DNA of 64,000 bases from NCBI GenBank assembly GCA_965248195.1, contig CBDFIQ010000002.1, forward strand, positions 1,760,001 to 1,824,000, in the 5' to 3' direction. This DNA is from Longimicrobiales bacterium (GTDB lineage Bacteria > Gemmatimonadota > Gemmatimonadetes > Longimicrobiales > Gaopeijiaceae). This document shows, one piece after another, positions 61,973-64,000 of this stretch (within the stretch, counting starts at the first letter, position 1; every line of letters begins with the position of its first letter). Under the pieces are notes generated by a model. It did not search any database and had not been told where the DNA came from. It worked only from the letters and a program-made list of their open reading frames with translations. Made by a program: the position numbers and the translations under genes.

Positions 61973-62398
61973 ATGAAACACATCAGGGCAATCAACCAGA
62001 AAGCGGCCCGCATCGAAGAATTCGCGCGGAGAGAGCGGGGGACAGGTGACGGGAGGGACGTGGGGGACGGCGGGGTCACCGCACGGGACGGCGAGGTCAC
62101 CGCGCGGGACGGCGGAGTCACCGGCGAGCACGACGTCGTCGCACTCGAAAGCCGTGGATCCGAGGGGCCGCACATTCCCTTGGGCTGCTCCCTCGTTTTC
62201 CAGCCCGGGTGGGAAGTAGACTCGAGCGGCGGCACGGCCGGACTATGCCAGCCGGTCGAGCGCGATCTCTTCGATTGCCACAACGGCTGCTTCTGGCCGG
62301 TCCAGGTCCCTGACCACCTCAATCACGCTGCGGATTGGACGTCCAAGTGTGCGACCGCACAGCAGGACTGGCGGAAAATAGACTTGATCTTCCCTTGA
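61973..62398 (+). CDS. qhpC: QHNDH gamma subunit precursor (CTQ, thioether-crosslinked peptide)
   Basis: MKHxxAINxKA leader start; GC…PGWEVD…LCQPxExDL…C…CxWPxQVPD…DWRK core. Confidence 0.95.
   Translation: MKHIRAINQKAARIEEFARRERGTGDGRDVGDGGVTARDGEVTARDGGVTGEHDVVALESRGSEGPHIPLGCSLVFQPGWEVDSSGGTAGLCQPVERDLFDCHNGCFWPVQVPDHLNHAADWTSKCATAQQDWRKIDLIFP
62064..62126 (+). repeat. 21-bp tandem repeat x3 in qhpC leader (DG[G/E]VTAR)
   Basis: GGGACGGCGGGGTCACCGCAC / GGGACGGCGAGGTCACCGCGC / GGGACGGCGGAGTCACCGGCG. Confidence 0.9.
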
Positions 62399-62417
62399 GT
62401 CCGAACATGAGGATCAC

Positions 62418-63557
62418 ATGGTGAATAAACTTCCGTTTTCGGTCCTGGTCCTACCCACCGCGGTCGTCCTGCTTTTGGCCGCCGTCCCACTTTCGATGTG
62501 CGCCCCGTTGGCGGCGCAGGGCACGGGCACGGCGCCCTCGGGAGGCAACGGAACGTTCTACATCAGCACGTACACCGACCAGATTCAGGTCATCGAGGAG
62601 CGCACCCGCGCGGTCGTCGACCGGATCCAGCTGCAGAGTGGAATCCCGGGGCGTTTCGTAGTGTCGGCCGACCGCGAGCGCCTCTACGTGTCGGATGCCA
62701 CATTCTCCCACATCGAGACCATCGACCTCGCGGAACGCCGCTCCATCGACACCTTCACGCTCAGCGAGGGGGACGAGCTGTTCAGGATTCGGGGTTTCGC
62801 CGTCGATCCACAGGAGACGTACGCGCTCATCCTGGGGAAGACGAGGATAAAGCATGTCGACCGGTTCGAGATCGGGCCGAGCATTATCATCCGCTACGAC
62901 CTCCGGAGGCACGAGGTCATGGACACGATCCCGTGGCCCGGTGGCCATGAGCGCGAAAACGCGAGCTTCATGTTCTCGCCTGACGGGAGTCTCGTGTATT
63001 TCTCGGCCGAAGACATGATCGTTTTGGAGTCCGAGAACTTCACCGAAGTCGACCGCTGGGAGATCTCCCAGGAGCTGGAACCGGGACTGGGGCAGGTGAG
63101 GCCCAGCTTCACCGCCAGCTACTTTGAGGAACCCGGCTTCTTTACAGGGCTCGTGCGGATCACCGACCCGATCAATAACCGCCGCATGATCGGCATCGCG
63201 CGGGTCGACCTGGCCGAGAGAGACATGGAGTTCTATACGCTCGGACCCAACGTGCCGGTCCGCCGCTTCACTTTGGCGCCCGGGGGGAGCAAGGCTTGGG
63301 CGCTCTACAGCGAGGTTGGGCGCTACGAGTTCTGGGCCATCGATCTGGAAGAGCGCCGGGTCACACACCGTGAGATCATCGAGGGCCGGCCCCGCATGGG
63401 CCTCACCGCCAGCACGAACGGGGAGCTGTTGTACGTCCACGTGGCCGGCAATACCATCGACGTATACGATTCCGAGACGTACGAGCACCTCGAGACGGTC
63501 GATGTCGGCGGCGACATGAGAGGCTTTATCCTGCTTCCGGGTCCTGACGGGCCGTAG
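62418..63557 (+). CDS. qhpB: QHNDH beta subunit-like beta-propeller
   Basis: Signal peptide; YVTN-type blades (SADRERLYV, SPDGSLVY, STNGELLYV); follows qhpC. Confidence 0.8.
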   Translation: MVNKLPFSVLVLPTAVVLLLAAVPLSMCAPLAAQGTGTAPSGGNGTFYISTYTDQIQVIEERTRAVVDRIQLQSGIPGRFVVSADRERLYVSDATFSHIETIDLAERRSIDTFTLSEGDELFRIRGFAVDPQETYALILGKTRIKHVDRFEIGPSIIIRYDLRRHEVMDTIPWPGGHERENASFMFSPDGSLVYFSAEDMIVLESENFTEVDRWEISQELEPGLGQVRPSFTASYFEEPGFFTGLVRITDPINNRRMIGIARVDLAERDMEFYTLGPNVPVRRFTLAPGGSKAWALYSEVGRYEFWAIDLEERRVTHREIIEGRPRMGLTASTNGELLYVHVAGNTIDVYDSETYEHLETVDVGGDMRGFILLPGPDGP

Positions 63558-63600
63558 GCCCGACAGACCTCAAGGCCCGACAGACCTTAGGCCCAACGAC
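63556..63600. repeat. Short intergenic tandem repeat (AGGCCCGACAGACCT x2 plus partial)
   Basis: Seen between qhpB and ABC gene. Confidence 0.7.
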
Positions 63601-63606
63601 CCCGAG

Positions 63607-64000
63607 ATGGATTCGCAGCGCACCTCCGACTTGGCTCGCATCCTCGCTTACGTGGCTCCGTATTGGCGCCGCCTCGTGCTCGTCGTCGTTCTGAGCCTGA
63701 CCGGAACGGTCCTCTCACTCTTCATCCCCTACCTCTCGAAGCTCCTCGTCGACTCGGCGCTTCTGGCCCGTGACGTGGGTGCGCTCGTTCGCATCGTGGC
63801 CGCCTTCTTTGCCATCACGGTGCTGTCGTTCATCATGAACGTCACGAGCGGCATGCGGTACACGCGGGTGTCGGCCGACATTCTCTTCGACATGCGGCGC
63901 AAGCTGTACGAGCATCTCCAGACTCTCTCTCCGCGGTTCTATGCGGAGACCCCGCTCGGTGAGATCGTGTCTCGGATCAACAGCGACATCGGTGAGATCC
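63607..64000 (+). CDS. ABC exporter (TMD) N-terminus, QhpF-like, truncated by window edge
   Basis: MDSQR…PYWRR…LYEHLQTLSPRFY…GEIVSRINSD ABC membrane domain; not in ORF track. Confidence 0.85.
   Translation, partial: MDSQRTSDLARILAYVAPYWRRLVLVVVLSLTGTVLSLFIPYLSKLLVDSALLARDVGALVRIVAAFFAITVLSFIMNVTSGMRYTRVSADILFDMRRKLYEHLQTLSPRFYAETPLGEIVSRINSDIGEI

Noticed and set aside
60488..62398. Novel ranthipeptide/sactipeptide RiPP cluster
   Set aside because: The precursor core and the flanking di-heme and propeller genes identify the known QHNDH gamma subunit system
60749..63488. Long minus-strand ORFs (474 and 345 aa)
   Set aside because: Antisense shadows of qhpD, qhpC and qhpB

Overview
GC-rich bacterial chromosome segment. 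Gene content and order suggest Gemmatimonadota, which is an inference. It has four zones. (1) About 1-23.5 kb is an IS-riddled accessory zone with secreted/lipoprotein genes, an ankyrin protein, a frameshifted internalin-like LRR surface lipoprotein, a tRNA-Gly 3' att remnant and a 26-bp direct repeat bracketing about 9.3 kb. (2) 23.6-30.6 kb is a core operon: DUF512 radical-SAM-like, der, plsY, gpsA, MerR, surE, pcm, YqaA/DedA. (3) 30.7-46.5 kb holds accessory genes and an integrase-less ~7.7 kb island in tRNA-Arg(CCT) with att duplication and arm-type repeats. (4) 46.5-64 kb holds envelope genes and a quinohemoprotein amine dehydrogenase (QHNDH) cluster. In that cluster the QhpG-like flavoprotein is separated from qhpA-D-C-B-F by a SusC/SusD pair, and the QhpC precursor has a repeat-expanded leader. 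There are eight full-length IS copies (4x IS256-type A, 1x IS256-type C, 3x IS3-family) plus an IS110 remnant. Three genes split by IS can be reconstructed in frame. All family assignments come from motif recognition by eye; no searches were run.
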